This document shows positions 31,618 to 42,346 of a DNA stretch of 64,000 nt, in pieces. The DNA comes from an uncultured candidate division Zixibacteria bacterium. GTDB taxonomy: Bacteria; Zixibacteria; MSB-5A5; GN15; FEB-12. The first letter of the stretch is position 1; the number at the start of each line of letters is the position of its first letter. The stretch spans positions 224,001 through 288,000 of the forward strand of contig CAWDXE010000007.1 of assembly GCA_963806185.1 (NCBI GenBank), written 5' to 3'. The translations under genes were made by a program, and so were the position numbers. The notes under the pieces were generated by a model that did no database searches, was not told the DNA's origin, and was given only the letters and a program-made list of their open reading frames with translations.

Positions 31618-32931
31618 TTATTGCCGAATCGGCCCCCAGGCGGGGTTAGTGCAATTCCCCGATGTGGTTATGCGCCTTTGATTCCGGCCGGTAGCGTCGG
31701 CCATGTAGATGTCCGGTTTACCGAGCCGAGTGGAGGAGAAGATCAGGTGCTTTCCGTCGGGCGAGAAACTGGGATTCTCGTTCTGCCCGAATTCGGTCAT
31801 CACACGATACCCTTGGCCGGACGTGTCGATGGATGCCAGATCGAAGCGGCCGAATTGTGTTCGGCTCACAAAGGTCACCCGGTCACCGCGTTCCGACCAT
31901 TTCGGCGAATCATTGTACTTTCCTTCGAAAGTCAGGCGTTTGACGCTCTGACCCTCCTGATCGCAGAGATAAATTTGCGGTGTGCCGGTGCGATCGGACG
32001 TAAAAGCAAGCCAGCGGCCGTCAGGTGACCAGGTGGGGGCTGATTCGATGGCCGGGGTGTTAGTCAGACGCTTGATAACCTTGCCCTTCAGGTCGAGAAT
32101 GTACAGCTCGGAATTCCCATCTTTTGTCAACACACAGGCGAGCCGGTTGCCGTCGGGTGCGACCGCCGGCGCGGCGACTATGCCGGGGAAACTGGCGATC
32201 TTGGTGACCTGCTTGGTCTGGATATTCACTTTGTACAGGTGTGGTTCACCGTCGAGATAGGAGGTGAAGTAGACTTCCTCTTTGGCGGGATGAAAAGTCG
32301 GCGATATGTTGATGGAGCCGTTTTTGGTCAGCTGTTCCTCATTGGCGCCATCGTAGTCCGACATGTAGAGTTCTTTTCCCTTACTGTTGGAGCGGGCATA
32401 AACGATCTTGGTACGGAATATGCCGGCGTCGCCGGTGAGTGTCTTGACGATCTCGTTGGCTATCTCGTGGGCCAGATCGCGCCACATGGTCCGGTTGTAC
32501 TCGAGGTCGCCCTTGGCGAACTGCTGTTTGGTATTGGTGTCGAACAGCTTCCAGTAGACGTGCATGTTCGGGCCGGGGAATTCCGCCTCGAGACGCACGA
32601 GTCGGGTGGCGCCGAGTCGCAGCCAGCCCATGAGATCAAGTTCCATGATCTCGTACGTCTTCAAGTAGAAGCTGTCGATGAGCACCAGCCGGAAATCGGC
32701 GTAGAAGTCGAGATCTCTCCGCACCACACCGGTTATATCCTGCATGAGCATCGAGTCTTCATGCGAGATATATTGCAGCCCGATGTAATCCATATCGTCG
32801 ACGCCGATAGGGGTAGCTTCAAACGTCCCGCGAATGGTGTCGAAATAAATGTGCTGGGACTCGTCAAATTGGTCCTGTGCCAGAGCTGCCGACCCGGCAA
32901 TTAGGGCGAAAAGAAAAACGATATACTTCAT
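31618..32931 (-). CDS. tolB: TolB beta-propeller protein
   Basis: N-terminal domain plus PD40 repeats (P-WSPDG); operon context. Confidence 0.92.
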   Translation of the reverse strand: MKYIVFLFALIAGSAALAQDQFDESQHIYFDTIRGTFEATPIGVDDMDYIGLQYISHEDSMLMQDITGVVRRDLDFYADFRLVLIDSFYLKTYEIMELDLMGWLRLGATRLVRLEAEFPGPNMHVYWKLFDTNTKQQFAKGDLEYNRTMWRDLAHEIANEIVKTLTGDAGIFRTKIVYARSNSKGKELYMSDYDGANEEQLTKNGSINISPTFHPAKEEVYFTSYLDGEPHLYKVNIQTKQVTKIASFPGIVAAPAVAPDGNRLACVLTKDGNSELYILDLKGKVIKRLTNTPAIESAPTWSPDGRWLAFTSDRTGTPQIYLCDQEGQSVKRLTFEGKYNDSPKWSERGDRVTFVSRTQFGRFDLASIDTSGQGYRVMTEFGQNENPSFSPDGKHLIFSSTRLGKPDIYMADATGRNQRRITTSGNCTNPAWGPIRQ

Positions 32932-32948
32932 GCGTTGCCTTACATCCT

Positions 32949-33635
32949 TCAAAACTGATTGGTAAACGGAATCCACATTCCGATAATTTCATCGCCGTAT
33001 TCACGCGGTAGCGGCGGAAAGGGTGCGGAGCGATAGACCGCATTCAAACACGCATCGTCAAACGCCCGGATACCCGATCCCTGATCGATTGTTGCCTGAA
33101 TTACTCTTCCCGAGCGAATAATCTGAAAGTGAATCACGCAGACCAGCTTCCCCTGGACGTCTACCGGGCTTTTGAAATTCGCATTCAACTTGTAAAAGGC
33201 CTGGTCGAACCAGTAATCGTACTGAAAATTTGGGTTGTCGGTCCTCGCTCCGGCAAACGGTGACCCGGCCGCTTCCTTGATTTCGGTAGAGCCCGTTGCT
33301 GTTCCCGCGACATCTTCAGCTCCTTCTTCCGGCGATTCGCGGTACGGTTTCTTCTCCTGCTTCTTCGGCTTTGCCTGTTCGGTCTTCTTTTTGGGCAGCG
33401 TCTTAGCGTCCGGCTGCTTTACCGGTACAGCCTTCTGGGGTGCGACTACCGCCTTTGGCACCGTAGGTGATGGAGGCACCGGCGTGGGCGGTGTCGGGGC
33501 CCGGAACGATGTCAGGCTGACATGAATCACTTCACCCGGATCAATCTTTGGCTTAACGCTGAACGGCATAGTAATTAAGGTCGCGGCTACGACGGCCAGA
33601 TGGAGCGCCACTGAATATGCGAATTCTCGTTTCAT
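32949..33635 (-). CDS. tolA: TolA/TonB-family protein
   Basis: N-terminal TM with SxxxH, Pro/Lys linker and TonB_C-like SG...FD...APFPPLP. Confidence 0.75.
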   Translation of the reverse strand: MKREFAYSVALHLAVVAATLITMPFSVKPKIDPGEVIHVSLTSFRAPTPPTPVPPSPTVPKAVVAPQKAVPVKQPDAKTLPKKKTEQAKPKKQEKKPYRESPEEGAEDVAGTATGSTEIKEAAGSPFAGARTDNPNFQYDYWFDQAFYKLNANFKSPVDVQGKLVCVIHFQIIRSGRVIQATIDQGSGIRAFDDACLNAVYRSAPFPPLPREYGDEIIGMWIPFTNQF

Positions 33636-34072
33636 CGTCCCTGGTTGCGGGTGCGACGACCTGATTCCTGATGACCGGTCACCAAATTGATCTGATCGAT
33701 GCCCATTTCTTTTATACGTCCGATCACGGAAATAGCAACACCGTAAGCAATTGCCGAGTCGCTGCGAAGGTAAACCGTATTGGTGTTCTGCGACTTGAGT
33801 TCGTGTTTAAGCGCATCCTCGAACTTCTCCAAACGCGTCCACACGTCGTTGATATAGATGCCGCCCTTCTTATCTATTGTCAGAATGACCCCTTCAGCTT
33901 CCTCTTCCGGCACCGCCGTCCGCGTCTTGGGCAAATTGATTTCGATTCCCGACTGCAGGAGCGGCGCGGAAATCATGAAGATGATGAGCAGGACCAGTAC
34001 GACGTCTACCAGATTGGCGATATTGATGTCGGCCATCTGGTGATAGACGCGATGTCGCGGGCGGCGCATCAT
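33632..34072 (-). CDS. tolR: TolR/ExbD
   Basis: INIANLVDVVLVLLIIFMI...NLP. Confidence 0.9.
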   Translation of the reverse strand: MMRRPRHRVYHQMADINIANLVDVVLVLLIIFMISAPLLQSGIEINLPKTRTAVPEEEAEGVILTIDKKGGIYINDVWTRLEKFEDALKHELKSQNTNTVYLRSDSAIAYGVAISVIGRIKEMGIDQINLVTGHQESGRRTRNQGR

Positions 34073-34789
34073 CTACCGGCTCTCTTTCTTCACCCGGGTA
34101 ATGAAATCAAGAATGAAGCTGAATGCCTGATCGCTGATCGCCTTGGTCCGGTTGTTGGCCCAGTTGAAAGCGATCACGGCGGGAATTGCCGCACCTAGAC
34201 CGATGATGGTGGCAAGCAGCGCCTCGGCAATGCCGGGAGCGACAATTGCCAACGATGCGGAGCCGCGCTCGCCAATTGACCAGAACGAATCCATGATACC
34301 GACAACCGTGCCGAGCAAACCGAGAAATGGAGCGGAGCTGGCCGTGGTGGCAAGAAAGACGCTTTTCTTTTCAAGCTTGCCGACCTCATCGGTGAGCGAC
34401 TTTTCCATGGTCATTTCAAGGATGTCGTAGTCCTTGTCGTCAAGGGTGTACCCTTGTGCGCTGCCTGGATTGCTGCCGCCGCGACGTTCGGCCAATTGCG
34501 TGACTTCGTCGTAACCGCTCGCAAAAATCTGGGCGAGGGGGGAACCGGCACATACTTTGGCCTGCCCCTGCGAATCAGACAGTCGTCCCGAACGGCGATA
34601 GAAGGTAAGAAACCGATCGGAATCGTGACGAATCGTGCGGAACTGCCGCCACTTGATAAGTATGATCATCCATGAAACTATGGACATAAGCACTAGGATG
34701 GAGATAATCACCAAGCCGAAGGCTGATGAGTCGCCGAGAATTTGCCAGACCGAACCGGTCAACGCCACAGGGGGTAAGCCATTGAACAT
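34073..34789 (-). CDS. tolQ: TolQ/ExbB
   Basis: APFLGLLGTVVGIM, GIAEALLAT and AIPA. Confidence 0.92.
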   Translation of the reverse strand: MFNGLPPVALTGSVWQILGDSSAFGLVIISILVLMSIVSWMIILIKWRQFRTIRHDSDRFLTFYRRSGRLSDSQGQAKVCAGSPLAQIFASGYDEVTQLAERRGGSNPGSAQGYTLDDKDYDILEMTMEKSLTDEVGKLEKKSVFLATTASSAPFLGLLGTVVGIMDSFWSIGERGSASLAIVAPGIAEALLATIIGLGAAIPAVIAFNWANNRTKAISDQAFSFILDFITRVKKESR

Positions 34790-34955
34790 ACTGTTTTTAC
34801 GCTTTCGTGCCTCAATCGTTTACGCTCGCCGGACTATCGTTCCCGGCCGAATCAACAAAGTACCCCTGTCGCGACCCGGGGGTCAACAAAAACCACCCCT
34901 TTTGATACCCAAAGTTAAGGTTGATAATTCCCCGCTTTTCTCCGAGTTTTCGACT

Positions 34956-35201
34956 ATGAGAAAGATCATGTATCGCCTGCTCATCCTGGCGGGACTATTA
35001 GTGATCGGTCTTGGACTTTCGACTGGGGGGTGCAAGTCGAGCAGCAAGTCAAAAGATGATCACATGCCGGCGGCGGGTCATCCGGAAGAAGCGGCCGATT
35101 CCACTCGTCTGGACGCAGCGGAGGTCGACACGTTTCAGGAGGCGACGACGCATCCGGAGACCACCCAGTATCTACCGGCCGATACTGTCAGTCCGCGGTG
35201 A
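34956..35201 (+). CDS. Small putative lipoprotein
   Basis: Basic N-terminus, hydrophobic stretch, TGGC lipobox-like site and acidic low-complexity tail. Confidence 0.55.
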   Translation: MRKIMYRLLILAGLLVIGLGLSTGGCKSSSKSKDDHMPAAGHPEEAADSTRLDAAEVDTFQEATTHPETTQYLPADTVSPR

Positions 35202-35269
35202 GGTTTGTTGGCAATACCCCTCTCGACACGAAGAAGGGGTTGAGGTAATCAGAGTCCAATCGTCAGGAG

Positions 35270-36391
35270 CTAGTCTTCGATCATCTCCACATTTGCCCGG
35301 GGCACGATAGCTCGCTCACCTGTCTCCAGCTCAACTTCAAGCACACGCGCCGACGATTCCGATTGCAGTTTCTGCAGCGGTGAGGGGAGTTCGGTCACTT
35401 TGCCGAGCTGACCGAAATAAGGGTGCCGAATAATTCGAATCGGCGAACCAATCTTAAGTCCTTCGACCTGCCCGCCGTTGTCGGCGGCCAAAGCCTTTTC
35501 GGAGATCTTTGGAACGACGACTTCGGGTCGAATGACGCCGGCGCGAATCTGTGTGGCGCCATTAATACACGCCAGTTCGCCTTCATGCTTCTTCAACAAG
35601 TCGAATGTCTTGTGGGCCATGTTGATCTGGCCGAATCCTTCGGTGACCACCAGCGTGATGCCGATTTCCTCCGAGCCGGTGATGGCGACACCGATATCGT
35701 AGCCGAGGAAATCACGCAGGTCTTTATCGTCAAAGCCGCCGACGACAATCCCTTTGACGCCCAGTTCGATTGCCTTCTTGAGTGCGGGCGCTGTCACAAT
35801 CGAGCCTCCGACGACGATCTTTCCTTTCATCTCGGGGACGATGAGTTCCGGCGAGAGGATAGTCCTGGGATCAGCCGTCGCCACCTTGACGGGGCCGGAT
35901 ACCTCGCCGCCGATGCCGAAAATACCCTGCACGAACGACGCCTGGCAGGAAACGACCACACCCTCGTTGGGAATCACGCTGACCACCTCTCCGACGAGGT
36001 ACGCCTTCACCTCGACCGGAGTCGGTTCGGCTCGCTGCAGGACCTGGCCGGTAACATGCGAAATCGATTCAATTGTCCCATTAATCGTGGCGTTGCAGGA
36101 ATTCTTGAAGATGAACAACGTCGTCGACTGGGCAATGAGCTCGCCTTCCTTGATGGGATCGCCGGCCTTCTTCGTCATGTGCATGGCGATATCTTCCGGC
36201 GGAATGCCCAGTTTGTTGGCGACGTTTATGGGGACGACCGCGCCCGGAAGCAAAGTGCGCGCAACAACCGTGTCGGGCTGTACCTTGTCACCGACCTTGA
36301 CCAGCACGTCTCCCTTCAACGGGAGAATGCGGTTTTTCTTCACCAATATCTTCTCAGTTACTTTTAATCCAGGCGTATACGCGTGGCCCAT
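35270..36391 (-). CDS. Uncharacterised soluble protein (hybrid-barrel-like repeats, alpha/beta core, KOW/SH3-like tail); candidate partner of the GlmL-like ATPase
   Basis: VLVKVGDKV and KKAGDPIKEGELIA...GTIESI lipoyl/RnfC-N-like motifs; AIELGVKGIVVGG core; LKIGSPIRII...GQLGKV tail. Confidence 0.8.
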   Translation of the reverse strand: MGHAYTPGLKVTEKILVKKNRILPLKGDVLVKVGDKVQPDTVVARTLLPGAVVPINVANKLGIPPEDIAMHMTKKAGDPIKEGELIAQSTTLFIFKNSCNATINGTIESISHVTGQVLQRAEPTPVEVKAYLVGEVVSVIPNEGVVVSCQASFVQGIFGIGGEVSGPVKVATADPRTILSPELIVPEMKGKIVVGGSIVTAPALKKAIELGVKGIVVGGFDDKDLRDFLGYDIGVAITGSEEIGITLVVTEGFGQINMAHKTFDLLKKHEGELACINGATQIRAGVIRPEVVVPKISEKALAADNGGQVEGLKIGSPIRIIRHPYFGQLGKVTELPSPLQKLQSESSARVLEVELETGERAIVPRANVEMIED

Positions 36392-36420
36392 GGGGCTACC
36401 CTTTCTCTAACCGGGATGGG

Positions 36421-37167
36421 TTACTTGTTTGCTCTGCGGCGGCGAAGCCGGATAATCACGATGAGCAGAATCACAAACAGTCCGCTGTACGGAACCCAAT
36501 TCCATCTGGCTTTCTTCTTTTCCGGCTCGGCCTTGGTGACCTTTACTTCTTCCTTTGGCAGAGCGGATTGTATGTCGGTCGTGAACGATGCCACGATATC
36601 TTTGAATTCGGGAATGCTCTTGTCCATGAGGGAATCAGGCGCATAGAAAAAGAAATTCGCGATGCCCCGATCGTAGAACTTCATCACCATCAGGTTTCGC
36701 TTGACCGCCTGACCGCCTTCCGTCACCCGGCTGAGGACCGACATAGTATTGGTCGACGCGTCGAAGGTCGGCTGGTCGGACGCCAGGTTGGTGAGGAAGT
36801 TCCCTTGCGGCGCGTACTTGATGTCCTTGCCGAAGGTCTTCGACAATAATTCCTTAACCGAATCCACCTGCTTGGTGGACAGCGCGCCGACTGTATCCAC
36901 GGTGACTATGAGGTATTCGGCAGCATAGAAGGGGTTCGACGTCGCCGGGGCGAACACCGCCTCATACAGATACATTTCAGCGGTGGCCTGGTTTTGCTGC
37001 AAATAGTAATCGACTGTTCGAGTGTCGAGTCGGTCCCATCCCGCGGGATAGGTAATCGCGAACTTGCCGTTAAACGACACAAACGACTCGGCCGAAGCGC
37101 CCGCGGCGACCAACGTCACCAGAGCGACAATCAGGGACACGATGGCATAACGACTGGTACGTTTCAC
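36421..37167 (-). CDS. Exported protein with C-terminal membrane anchor
   Basis: Signal peptide ending ASA, 'FAITYPAGW' PsbP-like start, C-terminal TM + RRRRANK. Confidence 0.7.
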   Translation of the reverse strand: MKRTSRYAIVSLIVALVTLVAAGASAESFVSFNGKFAITYPAGWDRLDTRTVDYYLQQNQATAEMYLYEAVFAPATSNPFYAAEYLIVTVDTVGALSTKQVDSVKELLSKTFGKDIKYAPQGNFLTNLASDQPTFDASTNTMSVLSRVTEGGQAVKRNLMVMKFYDRGIANFFFYAPDSLMDKSIPEFKDIVASFTTDIQSALPKEEVKVTKAEPEKKKARWNWVPYSGLFVILLIVIIRLRRRRANK

Positions 37168-37178
37168 AACTCGTCCTC

Positions 37179-39042
37179 TCAGCGCAGAATCACGCCGTCT
37201 TTGGCCGGATAAATGTCAAGTTCGACCATCCACTTGTTCAGGTAGGAGACGCGCTCCTGTTCGCTGAGCTGCGACAGGTCAAACGGGCGGCCCCGTCCGT
37301 CGAGAATGATCCCGACCACGCCGCCGTGAATCTCCTTCTCAACCTTTACGCCGTTGCCCAGACCGCAGTTGTAGCCACGCTCCGGCTCAAAGGTCGCTTT
37401 GCAGGTTTTCGGGAGGCCGTTGTCCTGCAGGCCCAGTTTGAACAGCTTCATTTCCAGATGATTGAGCGTGCCGCTCACGGTGCCGTCCGGCAGCTCGATC
37501 GTGTATTTCATGACCGGTCCCGGCTTCTTGCTCGTCCCCGCCGGCGCGATGCAGGTGCCCAGGTGGATGAGGCAGTCCTTTTCGAATACTTCCGTTGCCG
37601 CCTTCGGCTGTACCTCGGTCAGTACGCCGAGCTGCGGCATCATGAAGATCGAATCCACGGCGAGTCGGGTGACTCCTTCCGGCATGAAGGAGTCGATCAT
37701 CATGAGCGCCGATTGCTGGCGGCGCGGAGCGTGCGACAGCACGCCGCCTGAGCCGATGAGCATATCGAGGGTCATCATGTTCACAATCGTCGCGCCGGAA
37801 GCCGACTGCTCGAAAGCGTCGGCGATGGTACGCTGCTGCTGGACGCCCTTCAGCACCGAGGCAAAGCTCTTGTGCTGAATGAAGGCGAGGCGGAGCGCTT
37901 CCTTGGCGATCGCCTGTTCGAAAATCAGTTCTTCCATCGACTGCGGGATGGTGGTCGGGCGGATCATCTTGTTCTTGACTCGGTTGCGCAGGTCGCGTTC
38001 TTCCATGACAAACGGCACCCAACGCATCACCATCGGCAGGGTTGCTTCGGCGAAAACGTTTGAAATCGAGTACGACATCCCCAGGTTGGCCGACACCGTC
38101 CGGTTAAATACCGGCGTCTTGCCATCGGGGCGAAAGACCGAAAAAACGTCAGTCGTGGCGCCACCGATGTCGACGCCCACTGCTTCAATCTTATACTGTT
38201 CGGCGATGGTCTGAATGATCAATCCGACCGCGCCGGGAGTCGGCATAATCGGTGCGTCGGCCCAGTCCATCAACTTCTTGTAGCCAGGAGCCTGTGCCAT
38301 CACGTGTTCCATGAACAGTTCGTGGATTTCTTCGCGGGCCGGGCCGAGATTCTCGCGCTCCAGCACGGGGCGAAGGTTGTCGACCATGCGCAGATCAACT
38401 TTGGAAGAGAGCGTTTCCTTGACAGCGTCCCGGGCCTGGACATTTCCGGCGTAGATGATCGGTAGTTTATACCCCGTGCCGAGGCGGGGGCGGGGATCTG
38501 CCGCCGAAACCAGTTCGGCAATTTCGACCACGTGCGTGGTCGTGCCGCCGTCGATGCCGCCTGAAAGCAGTATCATGTCCGGGCGAAGATGGCGGATTCG
38601 CTCAATCTGCTGGTGGGGGAGACGTTTGTCGTTGGACGCGATCACGTCCATCACGATTGCTCCCGCGCCCAGGGCGGCGCGTTCGGCTGATTCGGCCGTC
38701 ATCGACCGGACCACACCGGCCACCATCATCTGCAGTCCTCCGCCGGCGGACGATGTCGAGATGAAAACGTCGGTGCCGGTTCGACCGCTGGCCGGACTGA
38801 TGAACTTGCCCTGCTCGTCGAGAATCTTGCGGCCGGATAAGTTCTTCGAGTTCAGCGACGGCGTTTAGTACGCCCATGGTTACATCTTCAAACGGCGCTT
38901 CGACCGTTGTCGGTGCCTCACCACGGGACACCAGCCGGTATTCGCCGTTTACGTATTCAATGAGGATTGCCTTGGTCGTCGTCGAGCCGCAGTCGGTGGC
39001 GACGATTACTTTGATATCGTTCTGGTTCGCAAACTTGGCCAT
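37179..39042 (-). CDS. GlmL (glutamate mutase L)-like ASKHA ATPase (frameshift ~38838)
   Basis: ATDCGSTTTK, TSSAGGGLQM, LSGGIDGG, YAGN, MPTPGAV, VDIGGATTDVFS, RTVSANLGMSYS and GSGGVLSHAP. Confidence 0.85.
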
Positions 39043-39134
39043 TCGAAATCCTGGCGTCGGTCGGACGCGTTATCTATTTGGGCCGCAACATGTTGGGCGG
39101 CAAGTCGTTCTGTCCTTTTCACTGTCAGGCGGCC

Positions 39135-39163
39135 AGTATAACATAGATGGCCCGACTTGTAAA
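39135..39163 (-). promoter_or_regulatory. Sigma70 promoter of the GlmL-like operon
   Basis: Minus strand TTTACA-N17-TATACT with an extended -10 TG. Confidence 0.6.
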
Positions 39164-39460
39164 GTGGCAAAATGGGAATGTGGAGTGAGGAGCCGGATGG
39201 GGAGAGCAGATGTCGCTCAGCGTTTGTCGCAGGAGGTTCATCGACGGTCACTTGGCACGGCCGCGTTAACACGGCAATCGGTTGCGGCCAGTTCGGTTTC
39301 CGGTGTCACGACGCCAGAGCTTCTTCAGTTCAAATCGTCCCCTGCCGATATCTTCTCTAACAGAGTTTACCGATCCATATTGGCATTGATTTTGCCCGGC
39401 GGATTACCTATACTTTTGCGTTAACTGCAGAACCGGGTACACTTTGAGGACACCTAAATA

Positions 39461-40360
39461 ATGAATACTATCTTCCATGACTCGTCGGTCGGCGATGATA
39501 TCCGTCGCCAACAGCTCTACCGGGGCCAGCTCTACGTATTTTCGCCGCGCCCATCGACCATCGCTCTTTGCGACTTCGCCAAACAGATGATAGTCGACGC
39601 CTTTAAGCCGCTCGATCCGCGTACCGCCCAGTTTGACATGCCGGTCGAGACATACGCCGCGCTGCTGGCCGACTTCAAGCCGAAATTCATTCATCACCCG
39701 GAATCAAAAAGACTGCTTCAAGCGGTGCTCCGCGAGTTCGGCTGCGACCTGCAGCAGACCTATTTCGACGTCCCCCGCATTCGGACCTCGACCTCGGATA
39801 ACTACCTGACTACCGGTATCGCTTACGCTTTCCATCCGCACCGTGACACTTGGTACTCGGCGCCGCAATTCCAATTGAACTGGTGGTTGCCGGTTTTTGA
39901 CATCGTGCCGGAAAACGGCCTGGCCTTTCATCCCAAATACTGGTACACGCCGCTCAAGAACAGCTCTCGCGTCTACAATTACGCCGAGTGGAACAAGACC
40001 AGCCGCCAGAACGCCGCCCAGCATATCAAAGTTGATACGCGCGTCCAGCCGAAGCCGGAAGAAACAGTAGAACTCGATCCGCAGATCCGACCCATTTGTC
40101 CGCCCGGTGGATTGATATTGTTTTCGGCAGCGCACCTGCACTCGAGCGTGCCGAATACGTCGGGCTATACTCGCGTGAGCATAGATTTCCGCACCGTGCA
40201 TCTGGGCGACGCCGCGAACGGGATCGGCGCGCCGAATATCGATTCGCTGTGCACCGGCACGACCATGGCCGACTATCTGCGGGCGACTGATCTCGCGCAC
40301 ATCCCGGAAGAGGTCATTCGAAAATACGATACGCCTCCGCCGGCGTCGGTGGCGTCATAA
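39461..40360 (+). CDS. Putative Fe(II)/2-oxoglutarate dioxygenase (PhyH-like)
   Basis: HRD (HxD) motif, NWWLP, distal HLH and RVSIDFR. Confidence 0.65.
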   Translation: MNTIFHDSSVGDDIRRQQLYRGQLYVFSPRPSTIALCDFAKQMIVDAFKPLDPRTAQFDMPVETYAALLADFKPKFIHHPESKRLLQAVLREFGCDLQQTYFDVPRIRTSTSDNYLTTGIAYAFHPHRDTWYSAPQFQLNWWLPVFDIVPENGLAFHPKYWYTPLKNSSRVYNYAEWNKTSRQNAAQHIKVDTRVQPKPEETVELDPQIRPICPPGGLILFSAAHLHSSVPNTSGYTRVSIDFRTVHLGDAANGIGAPNIDSLCTGTTMADYLRATDLAHIPEEVIRKYDTPPPASVAS

Positions 40361-40569
40361 GCATTCTCATAGGTCGACGGTGGCTTCTTTGCCGAAATCG
40401 GCAGAGAAGCCGCCCATTCTTCGTCGCTCTGCCTACTGCTCTTCAGTTTTGATTCTGCTGATAATCGTTGACCCTGTTCCGCACAACCCGTTTATTGCCC
40501 CCAAGCATTTATTCACCCGGTACTGTTGTAGTTCGCGCGAGCCGAAGGATTTGGAAGAGGTATTACGAA

Positions 40570-41517
40570 ATGGAATTTCATTCGATTGGTCAATCTGATC
40601 TTCGCGTTGCCCGACTCGCCTTCGGCGGAAATGTCTTTGGCTGGACGGTTGATCAGACGACCTCCTTTGAATTGCTCGACGCGTTTGTCGATGCCGGCTT
40701 CAATCTGATCGATACGGCCGACGTTTATGCGACCTGGCTCCCGGCCGGCACCGGCGGCGAGTCGGAGACGATTATCGGGCGCTGGATGAAAGCGCGCCGC
40801 AATCGCGACAAAGTGATCATCGCCACCAAGGTCGGGCACGAGTTGTCGCCTGAAAAGAAGGGACTGGCCAAGGAGTACGTCATGCAGGCCGTGGAAGACT
40901 CTCTCCGACGACTGCAGACTGATTATATTGACTTGTATCAGGCGCATAAGGATGACCCGGTTGCTCCGCAGGAAGAGTCTCTGGCGGCTTTTGATCAATT
41001 GGTGAAACGGGGGAAGGTGCGGGTGATAGGCGCATCGAATTTTAAGGCCGAGCGGCTGGCGAGCGCCCTTGCGATCAGTGAAGAAAAGCACTACCCCAGG
41101 TACCAGTGCCTGCAACCGTGTTACAATTTATACGACCGAGTCGACTTCGAGGGCGAGCTCGAGGCGCTCTGTCTTGAGAAACAGATCGGCGTGATCCCAT
41201 ACTTCTCTCTCGGCGCCGGTTTCTTAACCGGCAAGTACAGATCCGAGTCCGATTTGTCGCAGAGTCCTCGCGGGACACGGGTGAAAAAATATCTGAACGA
41301 GCGCGGCTTCCGCATCCTGGCGGCCCTGGATGAGGTGGCAGCCGAGACGTCGGCCTCTCCCAGTCAGGTGGCCATTGCCTGGCTTTTGACGCGCCCGAGT
41401 GTTACGGCGCCGATTGCCAGCGCCACGACCATGGCCCAGCTCAAGAGCCTCATCGGGGCAACCCGGTTGCGACTCACTCCGGATCAGGTGAACCGCCTCA
41501 CTCAGGCCGGTGCCTGA
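40570..41517 (+). CDS. Aldo/keto reductase
   Basis: DTADVY, IATKVG, SLRRLQTDYIDLYQAH, IGASN and GFLTGKY. Confidence 0.93.
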   Translation: MEFHSIGQSDLRVARLAFGGNVFGWTVDQTTSFELLDAFVDAGFNLIDTADVYATWLPAGTGGESETIIGRWMKARRNRDKVIIATKVGHELSPEKKGLAKEYVMQAVEDSLRRLQTDYIDLYQAHKDDPVAPQEESLAAFDQLVKRGKVRVIGASNFKAERLASALAISEEKHYPRYQCLQPCYNLYDRVDFEGELEALCLEKQIGVIPYFSLGAGFLTGKYRSESDLSQSPRGTRVKKYLNERGFRILAALDEVAAETSASPSQVAIAWLLTRPSVTAPIASATTMAQLKSLIGATRLRLTPDQVNRLTQAGA

Positions 41518-41715
41518 CCGTCGCCAGTCGACGCTCTGACCAATTGTTCGTGTCTCGCGAGCGCGGAGCCCGCAGTGTGCATTGTTTGAACACAAACGGA
41601 TGGCGCTCCCATGGCGTGTTTCGCGAATTCGCTTTTCCGAATGGCCGAGCGTATCAAGCTTTAGAATCGTTACCCGATATATTTAAGAGTCGCTTACGGC
41701 GTAATAGAGAGGCGT

Positions 41716-42294
41716 ATGCACCGTTCTGAATCTGACAAGATAACCATTAGACGTGGATTTGTCGCCATTACGACCCTGGCCATCCTACTCTACGCGAGCG
41801 CACCACAGCTCACTACCGCACAATCGTCCGACAACGACAGTTACAAGGGCGACTTCATTGTCAAACTGCCGAATTACGTCGAGTGGCCCGCGGGAAAAGG
41901 GCCCGACGCTTCAGGTGCGGTAACGATTGGGGTGATCGGTACGCCAAGTTGCCTGGGGCAATTGAAGACTGCCGCTGCCGCACGGACCGCTGAGGGAAAG
42001 AAGACCGAGGTCAAATCGCTGGCGATTGGCGACAATTATGCGGGGTGCCAGATCATCTTCTTCCAGACCTGTGACAAGGCCGAGTTGGCACAGATACTCA
42101 AGAAAGCCGGCGTTCTGCCGGTTCTCACCGTAGCCGATTGCGCCGGATTCGCCAAATTCGGCGTGATGTTGAGCTTCTTCGAAGAAACCGTCGACGGCAA
42201 GCCGAAAGTAAGGTTCGAAGTGAACACACTGGCCGTGGGCGATGCCCAACTCAAGATAAATTCAAATCTCCTCAAGCTGGCGAAGATCATATAA
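41716..42294 (+). CDS. YfiR-family (DUF4154) periplasmic protein
   Basis: Signal peptide; NYVEWP, CQIIF, VLTV, VRFEVN and INSNLLKLA motifs. Confidence 0.82.
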   Translation: MHRSESDKITIRRGFVAITTLAILLYASAPQLTTAQSSDNDSYKGDFIVKLPNYVEWPAGKGPDASGAVTIGVIGTPSCLGQLKTAAAARTAEGKKTEVKSLAIGDNYAGCQIIFFQTCDKAELAQILKKAGVLPVLTVADCAGFAKFGVMLSFFEETVDGKPKVRFEVNTLAVGDAQLKINSNLLKLAKII

Positions 42295-42346
42295 CGGGGC
42301 GATGACCGACCGGCAACGAGGCCACGACGTAAGAAAGGCGCGGGTC

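Noticed and set aside
37179..39042. DNA mismatch-repair MutL or a complete glutamate mutase
   Set aside because: The motifs are ASKHA-type, not GHKL, and no mutase subunits are present in the window.
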